Source: a virus. Taken from it: DNA of 44,231 nucleotides. Position numbers and translations under genes: made by a program. Under the pieces are notes generated by a model. That model worked only from the letters and a program-made list of their open reading frames with translations. It did not search any database and was not told the DNA's origin. Shown in pieces: positions 1-7,658 of the stretch (position 1 is the stretch's first letter; each line of letters opens with the position of its first letter). The DNA lies in the IMG/VR virus record IMGVR_UViG_3300045988_042325, positions 1-44,231 of that record. One strand, written 5' to 3'.

Positions 1-119
1 AATATGCTACAATAGCCGTAGCAGTTCTTAAAGAGAAAACCGTTAGATGTGCTGCTCATTAAAGACACTCTTTTGTACATTGACAAGATATGAGGTTGCA
101 ATACGAAATTCGTGTATTG
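1..119 (+). repeat. Terminal direct repeat copy 1 (identical to 44113..44231)
   Basis: Base-by-base identity of 1..119 with 44113..44231. Most likely the circular-contig overlap. Confidence 0.95.
58..86 (-). promoter_or_regulatory. Candidate sigma70-type promoter for the head-tail/tail operon
   Basis: Read on the minus strand: TTGTCA, 17-nt spacer, TTTAAT. It lies about 150 nt upstream (across the circle junction) of the 97-aa ORF at 44034. Confidence 0.35.
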
Positions 120-381
120 CGTAAAATCTTAACCGTAAAAGATTTTTTACTGTATAGCATGGGAAGTTTAGTACCTGATACAGTTACAGATGAGCATGTC
201 TTGTCTGTAAAGGGTGCTGTCAGCCACCCTATGATGTAACGCCACTTTAGATAGCAATATCTATCGGGGATGAAAGGTCGGAGGTGCAAGCCGTTCGTAC
301 GACTGGGCAGTTACAAGCCCATGACCTTTAGGTCGTTGGTAGTTGACATTCACACTCCTGCATACAATACTGGTATTTATA

Positions 382-492
382 TCAGATCAGCTTCCATTCA
401 TCAGAGATTCTTTTTGATGCTTTACAGCCCATTCCTACGATGTAGCAGATCATAACGATTGCTACACATGAACCAAGTATTGTAATGTCCAT
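382..492 (-). CDS. Small hydrophobic peptide (36 aa, one TM helix, basic tail)
   Basis: Own translation, below the ORF-track cutoff: MDITILGSCVAIVMICYIVGMGCKASKRISDEWKLI. Weak AGG-type RBS. Sits directly downstream of the methyltransferase. Confidence 0.4.
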   Translation of the reverse strand: MDITILGSCVAIVMICYIVGMGCKASKRISDEWKLI

Positions 493-516
493 TATTTATC
501 GCCTACTAAATCAATA

Positions 517-1251
517 TTAAACTACATTGTTATCGTGAAAAGCTTTTTCAATTCTTTCTCTTGATATGTCAAAATATTCTTTTTTTAGTTCAATTCCAAT
601 GAACTTTCTTCCAGTATTCGCGCAAGCCACGCCTGTTGATCCCGAACCCATGCAGTTATCTAATACAATTTCATCCTCATTAGTGTATGTTGTGATTAAG
701 TATTCAAGAAGTGGAACCGGTTTCTGTGTTGGGTGTTTCAATTCGTTTACAGGCACGCCAGTAAAATCAAGAATATCCGTCGGATAATACTTGTTATTAA
801 AAGCGTTGGTAGCCTTATAATTTCCGTAACATCCACTTTGTTTTGAACTGTTTCCCTTTTTTCTCAATTCACCAATTCTCATATGTGGATTATACGTGCA
901 TTGCTTTTCATAAAATACGCATATGTGTTCTGTGGTTCTTAAAGGCTGTTTTTTTGCGTTCAAGAAATTTCTGGCATAATGTTTGTACCATGTCCATATA
1001 TACTTGAAATTTTTATCATTACTTGTGACAAGTTTTGCAGTAAATGGCATTTGAGAGAACAAGCACACTACCCCATCTGCTTTAACAATTCTGTCGTATT
1101 GAGCCCAAAGCAATTTGGGCGGAATGACAGAATCCCATTTATTCTGAGTAACACCATACGGCAAATCGCACAAGACCATATCTATGCTTTTATCCGGAAT
1201 GTTCTTCATTTTTTCAAGGCAATCCCCTTGATATAAAGTGAAATCAGCCAT
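517..1251 (-). CDS. Orphan DNA amino-methyltransferase (N6A/N4C, beta-class motif order)
   Basis: Catalytic motif IV-like 'CDLPYG' lies near the N-terminus and AdoMet motif I 'DNCMGSGSTG' near the C-terminus. Start moved to ATG 1251 (MADFTLYQGDC), just after the upstream stop, with a GGGAG RBS. No restriction partner nearby. Confidence 0.85.
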   Translation of the reverse strand: MADFTLYQGDCLEKMKNIPDKSIDMVLCDLPYGVTQNKWDSVIPPKLLWAQYDRIVKADGVVCLFSQMPFTAKLVTSNDKNFKYIWTWYKHYARNFLNAKKQPLRTTEHICVFYEKQCTYNPHMRIGELRKKGNSSKQSGCYGNYKATNAFNNKYYPTDILDFTGVPVNELKHPTQKPVPLLEYLITTYTNEDEIVLDNCMGSGSTGVACANTGRKFIGIELKKEYFDISRERIEKAFHDNNVV

Positions 1252-1255
1252 ATAA

Positions 1256-1753
1256 TCACACTCCCGCATATAAAATCGGTATTCCGTCATCCGTTCTTAC
1301 TCCCATCAGAAGCGGTAAGGCTGTCTTAAGAAGTAAATCATTCGTTTTCTGTACATCCCCGGCGGCGGCATACACCGCACTCCATTCCTTTGCGCTCGCT
1401 CCAATCTGCTGCGGGGTGGCGTAGGAGATGGATTCACTTCCGGCTGATTTTGATGTAATCACTCCCGTTGACGTTCCGTCACTCGTGTCAGCAGAGGTTG
1501 ACGTTCTGCTGGCTGCCGCAATGGCATTCTTTTGGGCAAGGTCAATCTGATACATCAGATCAGCTAATGTACACACTGTCTTTTTGATTCGCTTCTGCTG
1601 CCGCTCATCAGACGGTAAGCCGTCCGCCAGTCGGTCAAACGTCATCATATCAATAAAGTCGCTGGCTCTTTCTGAAAACCGCATAAAATCAGATTCCGGC
1701 ACGGTTGCGCCGAAAAATGATGTTTTGTAAAACTCATAGGCTGCGTATGCCAT
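1256..1753 (-). CDS. Putative head-tail connector/adaptor protein
   Basis: Lies immediately downstream of the major capsid gene. The N-terminal helical region followed by an S/T-rich linker is typical of gp6-like adaptors. Call rests mainly on synteny. Confidence 0.5.
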   Translation of the reverse strand: MAYAAYEFYKTSFFGATVPESDFMRFSERASDFIDMMTFDRLADGLPSDERQQKRIKKTVCTLADLMYQIDLAQKNAIAAASRTSTSADTSDGTSTGVITSKSAGSESISYATPQQIGASAKEWSAVYAAAGDVQKTNDLLLKTALPLLMGVRTDDGIPILYAGV

Positions 1754-1766
1754 GCCGGAATCCTCC

Positions 1767-2795
1767 TTAGCCGTTGGACTTGATCATACCCATACGGATA
1801 TTTTTGTGGTTGTATACGAGCGACCAGTTTGCTTTCGCGCCAAGCTCTGCGTTGGTCGGGGACTCTTTTGCGATCTTGCTTGTGTCAATGCTGAATCCGT
1901 TCGGGTGAAGCACGTATCCCTGTTTAGTGTACAGCTTACGGATACCTGCTTTTGTTTCCGGGTCGTAATCAGCATAATATGGATCTTCATAGTTGCTCTT
2001 GTCGCAAGTCAGAATAGATCCTGCGCCGATCATGTAGGTCTTATACACCGGGATATCGCCAGATGTATCTACCGTATATCTGTCAGATACAACCGGGATA
2101 AATCCACCGATGGACGGAAGATTTACGTCACCAGCGAGCGCATTGGTCACGGTGTACTTGTTGTAATCCACCAGTCCAAGAGCCTTATATTTTGCGAAAA
2201 TGTAGCTATTTAAGAACAACAGTCCCATCTTGTCAGAAGAATCACCAAGTGCTTTTTGCTGGGCATAAATCAATGTTGTGGCATCAATCTTATTTTCGTC
2301 AGTAACAGTTGTGGTTCCTCCAGATGCTTTTGCAGCAATATCAAAAGTATGGTCTTTCATTCCGGTTAAGGAAAGAACCGCATCCACTGTTGACATAAGG
2401 TCACGCACACGCACCTGTCTGTAATATCCCGCCACGGAGTTTGCAACGTGCGTCATCGGATTTGCACCGGTAAGCTCCTTCGTAAAGTCCTGCGCTTTCC
2501 AAGCTTTCATTCTCTGGATAAGCATTGCTGTCTGCTTCTTTCCAGAGATCTCAGACGGCGTGTTGTTTGTTTCGCCATCGTTGTTAAGCGCCGGATCGTC
2601 GTTTTCATCGATCGGAACGTAGAACGGAAGGGTTGCCACATTTCCCTTTGTTCCGATCAGATCCATGATCGTGGAATCCTGCACGAGAATGCCAGAGTTG
2701 ATAATTGCATCGTTCCATGTTGGCTGTTCTTCCATATATCCAGAAAATACTTCCGGGTCAAAGCTAAAACCGCCAAATGTTCCAGTTCTTGCCAT
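1767..2795 (-). CDS. Major capsid protein
   Basis: 342 aa, directly after the scaffold gene. The N-terminus MARTGTFGGFSFDPEVF and overall composition are typical of Firmicutes siphophage major capsid proteins. GAAAGGA RBS. Confidence 0.8.
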   Translation of the reverse strand: MARTGTFGGFSFDPEVFSGYMEEQPTWNDAIINSGILVQDSTIMDLIGTKGNVATLPFYVPIDENDDPALNNDGETNNTPSEISGKKQTAMLIQRMKAWKAQDFTKELTGANPMTHVANSVAGYYRQVRVRDLMSTVDAVLSLTGMKDHTFDIAAKASGGTTTVTDENKIDATTLIYAQQKALGDSSDKMGLLFLNSYIFAKYKALGLVDYNKYTVTNALAGDVNLPSIGGFIPVVSDRYTVDTSGDIPVYKTYMIGAGSILTCDKSNYEDPYYADYDPETKAGIRKLYTKQGYVLHPNGFSIDTSKIAKESPTNAELGAKANWSLVYNHKNIRMGMIKSNG

Positions 2796-2912
2796 AGATA
2801 TAGTCCTTTCCGTAGATGGGCTATATAAAGATTAATACAGAAAATCCCATCTACCTATAATTTTTAGGGTGTTTAGGTTAGCGGCTACGTTGTTTTGTAG
2901 TCGGTCTTTAAG

Positions 2913-3581
2913 TTACTTACTAAGGGCTGCGTAGAGTTCCGGATCTGACTGTTTTAATTTCAATCGATCATCCAGATTCATTTTCTTAAAATCGTCTTTC
3001 GTTAATCCGCTTCCAGTCCGACCTCCACCGTGAATAGAGGTTGTAAAACGAGCCGCATTCTGTCTAGCCTGCTGCTGGTCTCGATCAACAAAGATTCCTT
3101 CTTTCTGGTTCCCGTCTTTGTCGGTAATCATAGTGTTAAAAATGTCTTTGATAGACTTCCCTTTTGCAGAATCAGAATCAAGTGCTTTTGTCAGTTCTCC
3201 TCGGTAGTAATCGGCTGTGATATTGTTGAGAAAATCATATATCTTTTCTCCCTTATCATCAGTGGAAGAAAGAAAGTCATTTACCATCTTTTCAACTTCC
3301 GTCTTTCTGGCATCAGCCGCACGAGCTGTTTTCTCATCGTTAAGCTGAGTTGTTAGTGTCTGGATCTGGTTTTTCAGATCATTGACATCCACGCCCTCAA
3401 AACCATCAAGTTTCGCCTGCACATTATCCAGGGACTGCTTGTATTCCTCTGTTTTCGTTACCTGCTTGTTGTAATCGGCAACAGTGCGATAATTCTCCAG
3501 CATTTTTTTCTTCAAAGCGTCTTTTTTGTCCTCTGGAACTTCAATCTCCAGCTCCTGCATGATTTGTTCGTAATTCTGCAT
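2913..3581 (-). CDS. Capsid scaffolding protein
   Basis: 222 aa, highly charged, K/E/D-rich coiled coil, immediately upstream of the capsid gene. AGGAGG RBS. Confidence 0.7.
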   Translation of the reverse strand: MQNYEQIMQELEIEVPEDKKDALKKKMLENYRTVADYNKQVTKTEEYKQSLDNVQAKLDGFEGVDVNDLKNQIQTLTTQLNDEKTARAADARKTEVEKMVNDFLSSTDDKGEKIYDFLNNITADYYRGELTKALDSDSAKGKSIKDIFNTMITDKDGNQKEGIFVDRDQQQARQNAARFTTSIHGGGRTGSGLTKDDFKKMNLDDRLKLKQSDPELYAALSK

Positions 3582-3659
3582 AACATCCTCCTATACGTGA
3601 TTATTAAAACCGCCCGTCAGCGGTAATGGATTAAGCCGGGTAAACCTCCGGCGGGGTAG

Positions 3660-3732
3660 TTGGAACAGGCGGATTCGAACCGCCGACACTCTGGTTATGA
3701 GCCAGATGCTCTAGCTGCTGAACTATGTTCCA
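3660..3732 (-). tRNA. tRNA with CAT anticodon (Met, or Ile2 if lysidine-modified)
   Basis: 73-nt cloverleaf: acceptor TGGAACA/TGTTCCA; D arm GTTC-AGCAGCTA-GAGC; anticodon arm TCTGG-CTCATAA-CCAGA; T arm GGCGG-TTCGAAT-CCGCC. Confidence 0.85.
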
Positions 3733-3794
3733 AAAAAATCCACCCAAGTCATAGACCATCTGTAAACAGATAGCTTAACTTTAAGCGGATAAAA

Positions 3795-3865
3795 GTGGAG
3801 CACCAGGAATCGAACCTGGAATCCAGGGTGCTACCCTGTCGGTTTGCCATTAACCGTATGTTCCA
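3795..3865 (-). tRNA. tRNA-like gene with non-canonical anticodon arm (possible AGC anticodon or pseudo-tRNA)
   Basis: 71 nt. Acceptor TGGAACA/TGCTCCA has one A.C mismatch. D arm CGGT-TAATGGCAA-ACCG and T arm CCAGG-TTCGATT-CCTGG are canonical. The anticodon arm CAGGG-TAGCA-CCCTG gives a 5-nt loop, or a 4-bp stem with loop GTAGCAC. Confidence 0.5.
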
Positions 3866-4128
3866 CTGGGGGGGACTGCTACGCTTAGATTGTCACACCA
3901 TAAAGGCAGTTTTCAGCGTACTTAACAGGTATGATTTCTACTTGTAGGAGAAAAGCAAGTAGCTTGCACACGCCGGAAATTGCATCCGCTTTTCAACCTC
4001 TCAGTATTGCTACTGATTTCTCTTAAGGACGTGTGCCAGAAAGGAGGTAAGAAAAAATACAACAGATATATCGTTTCCGCAATTTTATTTTACCAAAAAC
4101 GCTATTATATTTTGTCCCCACCTCAACG

Positions 4129-4551
4129 CTATGTTTCTGCCAGTTTCTGTATCTGGCGCTGGATTTCCCGGCGTTCCTCCTGGAAATCGCTGTCAACAAC
4201 CATAGAGGAAAGCATATCATAAACTTCTACCATCAAACGTCCAACGGTCTCCATCAGCTTGTCCCTGTGAGCCTGGTCACCGTTGGTGTGATACGCTTCT
4301 TTGGCTGCAAGGTAAGCGTCATACAGTGAATCAATATTATGATCATACCGTCCATTACTGTATTTTTTTACCAGATCTTCCGCTACTTCTGCCACTGTGT
4401 CACTTTCCCACTCTCCACACATCTTTTTCATGTTGCAGATCGTTGTGGTCAGCTTAAACATGGTATCCAAGTTGGCACCTGTCAGTTTTTCTTTGGCGCT
4501 TCTTTCTTCGACCTCTAACTGCTTTTCCAAAATCTTAATCATGTCTCTCAT
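4129..4551 (-). CDS. Hypothetical helical protein (accessory module in head region)
   Basis: 140-aa ORF in an operon with its neighbours. No recognisable motif. Confidence 0.6.
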   Translation of the reverse strand: MRDMIKILEKQLEVEERSAKEKLTGANLDTMFKLTTTICNMKKMCGEWESDTVAEVAEDLVKKYSNGRYDHNIDSLYDAYLAAKEAYHTNGDQAHRDKLMETVGRLMVEVYDMLSSMVVDSDFQEERREIQRQIQKLAET

Positions 4552-4562
4552 TGTCTCACCAC

Positions 4563-5153
4563 CTATTTAAAAATCTCGGACAGTTTCGTTTTATACTTAT
4601 CGTGGATCTCCGGCTGTGTCTCTGTGATGTAAACCATGTCATACCCGGAAGAGATCAGATCAATCATAATACTCTCCAACTTCTTTAACTCACCATCCAC
4701 ATTTTCCACCAGTTTTTCCACAACCAATGCATCAGATACGGCCCCCAGTTCTCGCAGTTTTGAAGCGTAGTGTTCATATAGAGACTTGGTCTCTGCTTCC
4801 CATGCTCTGTACTGGTTAAATCCATCTTCGATTCCTTTTTGCTTTGTGGACTTGCCTACGCTGATTCGGTTGGCAGAAAGCCAGTTCTCCGGTATCACTT
4901 CCACCTGTCCGATATACGTGTCCTCGATCAACTTATTATGATGGTTTATGTAATACTGGTTCAGTTTCTTCCGCTCTAGGGACTCGTCAAAATACTGATA
5001 CTCATGGAGTCGCTTATATCCTTTCATTCCAAGGAAATCAAAATAGTCGGTCATCTGGTCATGAAGCATCAGAGCGGCAATCATACGGGCGTTGATCTCG
5101 GAAAAGATCGCTTCCACACTGGCAACGTCCTTTTTGCTCTTAAAGGTAATCAT
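4563..5153 (-). CDS. Hypothetical protein, possible ferritin-like four-helix-bundle fold
   Basis: Start moved to ATG 5153 (MITFKSKK), with an AGGAGGTGA RBS 6 nt upstream. The helix pattern 'LHDQMTDYFDFLGMKGYKRLHEYQYFDESLERKKL' and 'VENVDGELKKLESIMIDLISSG' resembles ferritin helices B and D by eye. Canonical ferroxidase ligands are not evident. Confidence 0.55.
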   Translation of the reverse strand: MITFKSKKDVASVEAIFSEINARMIAALMLHDQMTDYFDFLGMKGYKRLHEYQYFDESLERKKLNQYYINHHNKLIEDTYIGQVEVIPENWLSANRISVGKSTKQKGIEDGFNQYRAWEAETKSLYEHYASKLRELGAVSDALVVEKLVENVDGELKKLESIMIDLISSGYDMVYITETQPEIHDKYKTKLSEIFK

Positions 5154-5165
5154 ACCGATCACCTC

Positions 5166-5594
5166 CTACGAAAGCTTTTTAATGATGAGGTTTGCGTCCT
5201 TGACAAGGACTGCTCCAGCGGAAATATTACCCACAGATACGGTAAGAGATGTTCCGGCCGGTACCGGGATCAACGTGTCTGCACTTACATTCTGATATAC
5301 ATCTGCTGTAACAACCGTATAATCCATCTCGGTTCCACCGATGTTCTCGCCGTTCAGCTTAAGCACCAGTGCTGTTGCACCAGCCGCAGAAGCCGTCACA
5401 TTTGCGTTAAACTGGAGTTCTACCGCCATCGGCTGATTGCTCCTGTTTGTGATTGTAAATAGCCCACTTCCCTCGATGTGATTGAGCCATCCACTCTGAC
5501 ATCCGCATCTGCGAGACTTTACGCGAGTGCTACCAAAAGGAACATTCTGATTGGCTGCCACCGTCTGAGCAGCTACATTAACAACATTAAGCAT
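5166..5594 (-). CDS. Possible TNF/C1q-like (BclA C-terminal-domain-like) jelly-roll protein
   Basis: 142 aa, beta-rich, with pattern 'GLFTITN...LQFNANVTASAAGATALVLKLNGENIGGT...SADTLIPVPAGTSLTVSV...ANLIIKKL', similar by eye to exosporium BclA-CTD-type domains. GAAAGGAG RBS. Confidence 0.5.
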   Translation of the reverse strand: MLNVVNVAAQTVAANQNVPFGSTRVKSRRCGCQSGWLNHIEGSGLFTITNRSNQPMAVELQFNANVTASAAGATALVLKLNGENIGGTEMDYTVVTADVYQNVSADTLIPVPAGTSLTVSVGNISAGAVLVKDANLIIKKLS

Positions 5595-5655
5595 AATACT
5601 TCTCCTTTCGCGAAAATAGGGGCAAGCTCCACGCCTACCCCTATGATTTGCAAGA

Positions 5656-5865
5656 CTACTTTGTAGCTATGGATTCTTCCAACATGCTGATTATTCGATT
5701 TTGATTCTCAATGATCTTATCCAGGTACTTTCTGTCCTGCTCCTGGAGATGCTTCGCTATGTCTGCGTTACTCGCCTGCGACAAATCATTTTCGTAATTC
5801 ATCACCTGCAAGAATACGCCGAACAGGCTTAGCATATCCATGTAGGACAGTTCTCGGCTGATCAA
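5656..5865 (-). CDS. Hypothetical small protein
   Basis: 69-aa ORF overlapping the upstream stop by 4 nt. Confidence 0.5.
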   Translation of the reverse strand: MISRELSYMDMLSLFGVFLQVMNYENDLSQASNADIAKHLQEQDRKYLDKIIENQNRIISMLEESIATK

Positions 5866-6551
5866 AGTACGTTTCCACCGTTACCGCAGCAACCGCCGAA
5901 CCCGGTCATGTTGTAAGCAAAGTAAGGGGAACAGGTGAGATAAGCCGGTGTAGGTGTTGGACGAACCGCATCCACGATGTTTTTGGTCTGGTTGACCTGG
6001 GAAATCTGCCAATACGCTGTCTGGAGGTCTCTGTCTCGGTCTGCAATTTTGTCGCGGAGTCCCTGGATAGTGTTCTCCTGCATGAGCTGGCGTGTAGCCT
6101 GTCCATCCGCTAAGATGCTTTCCTTGATGTCGCAGCAGCACTGAGCCAGCTGAGCCTGCATGTTCTGCGCCATCAGCGCCGCATCATAACGGTTCTGGAG
6201 TACTTCTTTCTGCGTATTGCAGTTGCCAACCTGTACCTGACTTCCAAGATTCTGTAAGCCAAGCTGGTTCGTGTATCTGTTTTCGAGTATGTCTCGCTGT
6301 GTCTGACATGCAGTGTTACTTACGTTCTGGTTGGTGTTAAAGATGTCCCTCTTGACAAATTCGTCAGAGATAAAGTTGTCCTGGACTCCGGTATCAATAC
6401 CGTTTCGATTCCATCCACCCATCATTGGGAACAGGAATGCGATCAGAATAATCCAGATCCACCAGCCACCGCCGCCCCACATATCGTTGCAGCCGTCATT
6501 GTTGCGCGTTACTGCTGCTACATCAGCCGCGCTTAACATTCCATCTGTCAT
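5862..6551 (-). CDS. Membrane protein, Q/N-rich with Cys clusters
   Basis: 229 aa. Has a Trp/Gly-rich TM segment 'GGGGWWIWIILIAFLFPMMGGW', a long Q/N-rich helical region, 'QCCCD' and a C-terminal 'GFGGCCGNGGN'. AAGGAG RBS. Confidence 0.7.
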   Translation of the reverse strand: MTDGMLSAADVAAVTRNNDGCNDMWGGGGWWIWIILIAFLFPMMGGWNRNGIDTGVQDNFISDEFVKRDIFNTNQNVSNTACQTQRDILENRYTNQLGLQNLGSQVQVGNCNTQKEVLQNRYDAALMAQNMQAQLAQCCCDIKESILADGQATRQLMQENTIQGLRDKIADRDRDLQTAYWQISQVNQTKNIVDAVRPTPTPAYLTCSPYFAYNMTGFGGCCGNGGNVL

Positions 6552-6640
6552 GTTGGTTTTCTCCTTATCATATATTTATCAAGCCGTGTGCACTCCGGCA
6601 ATGATAGCGAATTATTGATTTTGTTGATTTCAGCAAATTA

Positions 6641-6904
6641 TCATTTTATCATCCCGGCGAACGGTCCGAGATCCATGCCGTTTTGCTGGCACATCTGGTT
6701 AAAGACCTGCTCTGGGTTCTTTCCCTGGCACATATCCATTGCATTTTTGATGTTCGGATTCTGTTTAGCCATAGCGTTTAACGCCGCCTGTGGGTTCCCG
6801 GACTGCCTAATTTGATTTACTACCTGCATAGCCTGCATCATGGCCGCCATAGGGTTGTTTCCTCCGCCCATGCCGCCGATCATACTCATTAATGGATTAC
6901 TCAT
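6641..6904 (-). CDS. Met/Asn/Gln/Gly-rich small protein with three 'NP-x5-N-x-M' repeats
   Basis: Start moved to ATG 6904 (MSNPLMSMIGG), which overlaps the upstream stop (ATGAGTAA) and has a GGAGGAG RBS. The repeats are GNPQAALNAM, QNPNIKNAMDM and KNPEQVFNQM. Confidence 0.6.
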   Translation of the reverse strand: MSNPLMSMIGGMGGGNNPMAAMMQAMQVVNQIRQSGNPQAALNAMAKQNPNIKNAMDMCQGKNPEQVFNQMCQQNGMDLGPFAGMIK

Positions 6905-7340
6905 GACTCTCCTCCTTTTCGCTTGGTTTCTCTCCAAGTCTTGCAAGCAGATTGTTGAATTCCTCTCTTGTCACATAATCACCCGCTGGTGCCTGCTGCA
7001 CCTGTGGAGCCGTCAAAGCATTTAGTGGGATCTCCTGGAATTGAAACGCCTTGAGCGTTGCGCTACCCATTCCATCCACGGATTTGACATAAAACATGGG
7101 GCTGTTATTATCCATCATCCATGTGGTCTGTCCTGGCTGGACGATCTGGTTTTTTGCCCCTTCAACTCCTGCTACTTGAATCCAATTCACGTTTTGAACT
7201 GGCCCCTGTGGTTGACGCATCTGATTAGAGTACATTCCCATTTGCTGATTCCTCTGCTGCTCAAGCTGATTTATACGGTTTTGGAGCATCGCCTGTTCGT
7301 TGGCGTAATTCTGCGGATCTGGCATTCCATACGGATACAT
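6897..7340 (-). CDS. Protein with Q/N/M-rich low-complexity N-terminus
   Basis: Start is probably ATG 7340 (MYPYGMPDPQ), 7 nt after a GGAGG RBS. N-terminal region: 'QNYANEQAMLQNRINQLEQQRNQQMGMYSNQMRQPQGPVQN'. Confidence 0.65.
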   Translation of the reverse strand: MYPYGMPDPQNYANEQAMLQNRINQLEQQRNQQMGMYSNQMRQPQGPVQNVNWIQVAGVEGAKNQIVQPGQTTWMMDNNSPMFYVKSVDGMGSATLKAFQFQEIPLNALTAPQVQQAPAGDYVTREEFNNLLARLGEKPSEKEESHE

Positions 7341-7392
7341 ACACATCCCTCCAATGACTAATTCACTAACTTCTATGTCTATATTTTTGCAT

Positions 7393-7425
7393 AAAAAAAG
7401 AGCCGGAAACAGTTCATTTCTGGCT
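7393..7425 (-). terminator. Rho-independent terminator after the sigma-r4-like gene
   Basis: On the minus strand: AGCCAGAAA-TGAACTG-TTTCCGGCT (9-bp stem, one mismatch) followed by CTTTTTTT. Confidence 0.6.
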
Positions 7426-7446
7426 CATATAAGTATCTGAAAAGTA

Positions 7447-7647
7447 TCAACACACTTTGATTATTTTTCTATTTACTCTAATGCTAATCCGTTTCACCGT
7501 TGACACACTGATATTCATTCTTTCGGCGCACTCCTCCAACGGTACTCCCTGGCTCCGATACTCAAAAAGTACCCTCTCATCTGGTGTAAAGTTGGCAAGC
7601 TGCCGAAAACGGTTCAGTTCCGGCACAGTGAATTCATAGACTTTCAA
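7447..7647 (-). CDS. Small sigma-70 region-4-like HTH regulator
   Basis: 66 aa. 'TPDERVLFEYRSQGVPLEECAERMNISVSTVKRISIRVNRKI' matches the region-4/LuxR-type HTH pattern. Confidence 0.65.
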   Translation of the reverse strand: MKVYEFTVPELNRFRQLANFTPDERVLFEYRSQGVPLEECAERMNISVSTVKRISIRVNRKIIKVC

Positions 7648-7658
7648 GAAAATTCTCC

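Noticed and set aside
59-455. ORF-track ORFs 59..289 (-) of 76 aa and 270..455 (+) of 61 aa as protein-coding genes
   Set aside because: Their composition is Cys/Trp/Tyr/Arg-rich and not protein-like. They have no RBS, and they overlap a hairpin-dense region better explained as non-coding.
4112-4123. 12-mer TTGTCCCCACCT shared with 13482..13493, each just downstream of a stop codon, as a regulatory motif
   Set aside because: Two exact 12-mer matches are expected by chance in about 44 kb on two strands. No third copy and no associated structure were seen.
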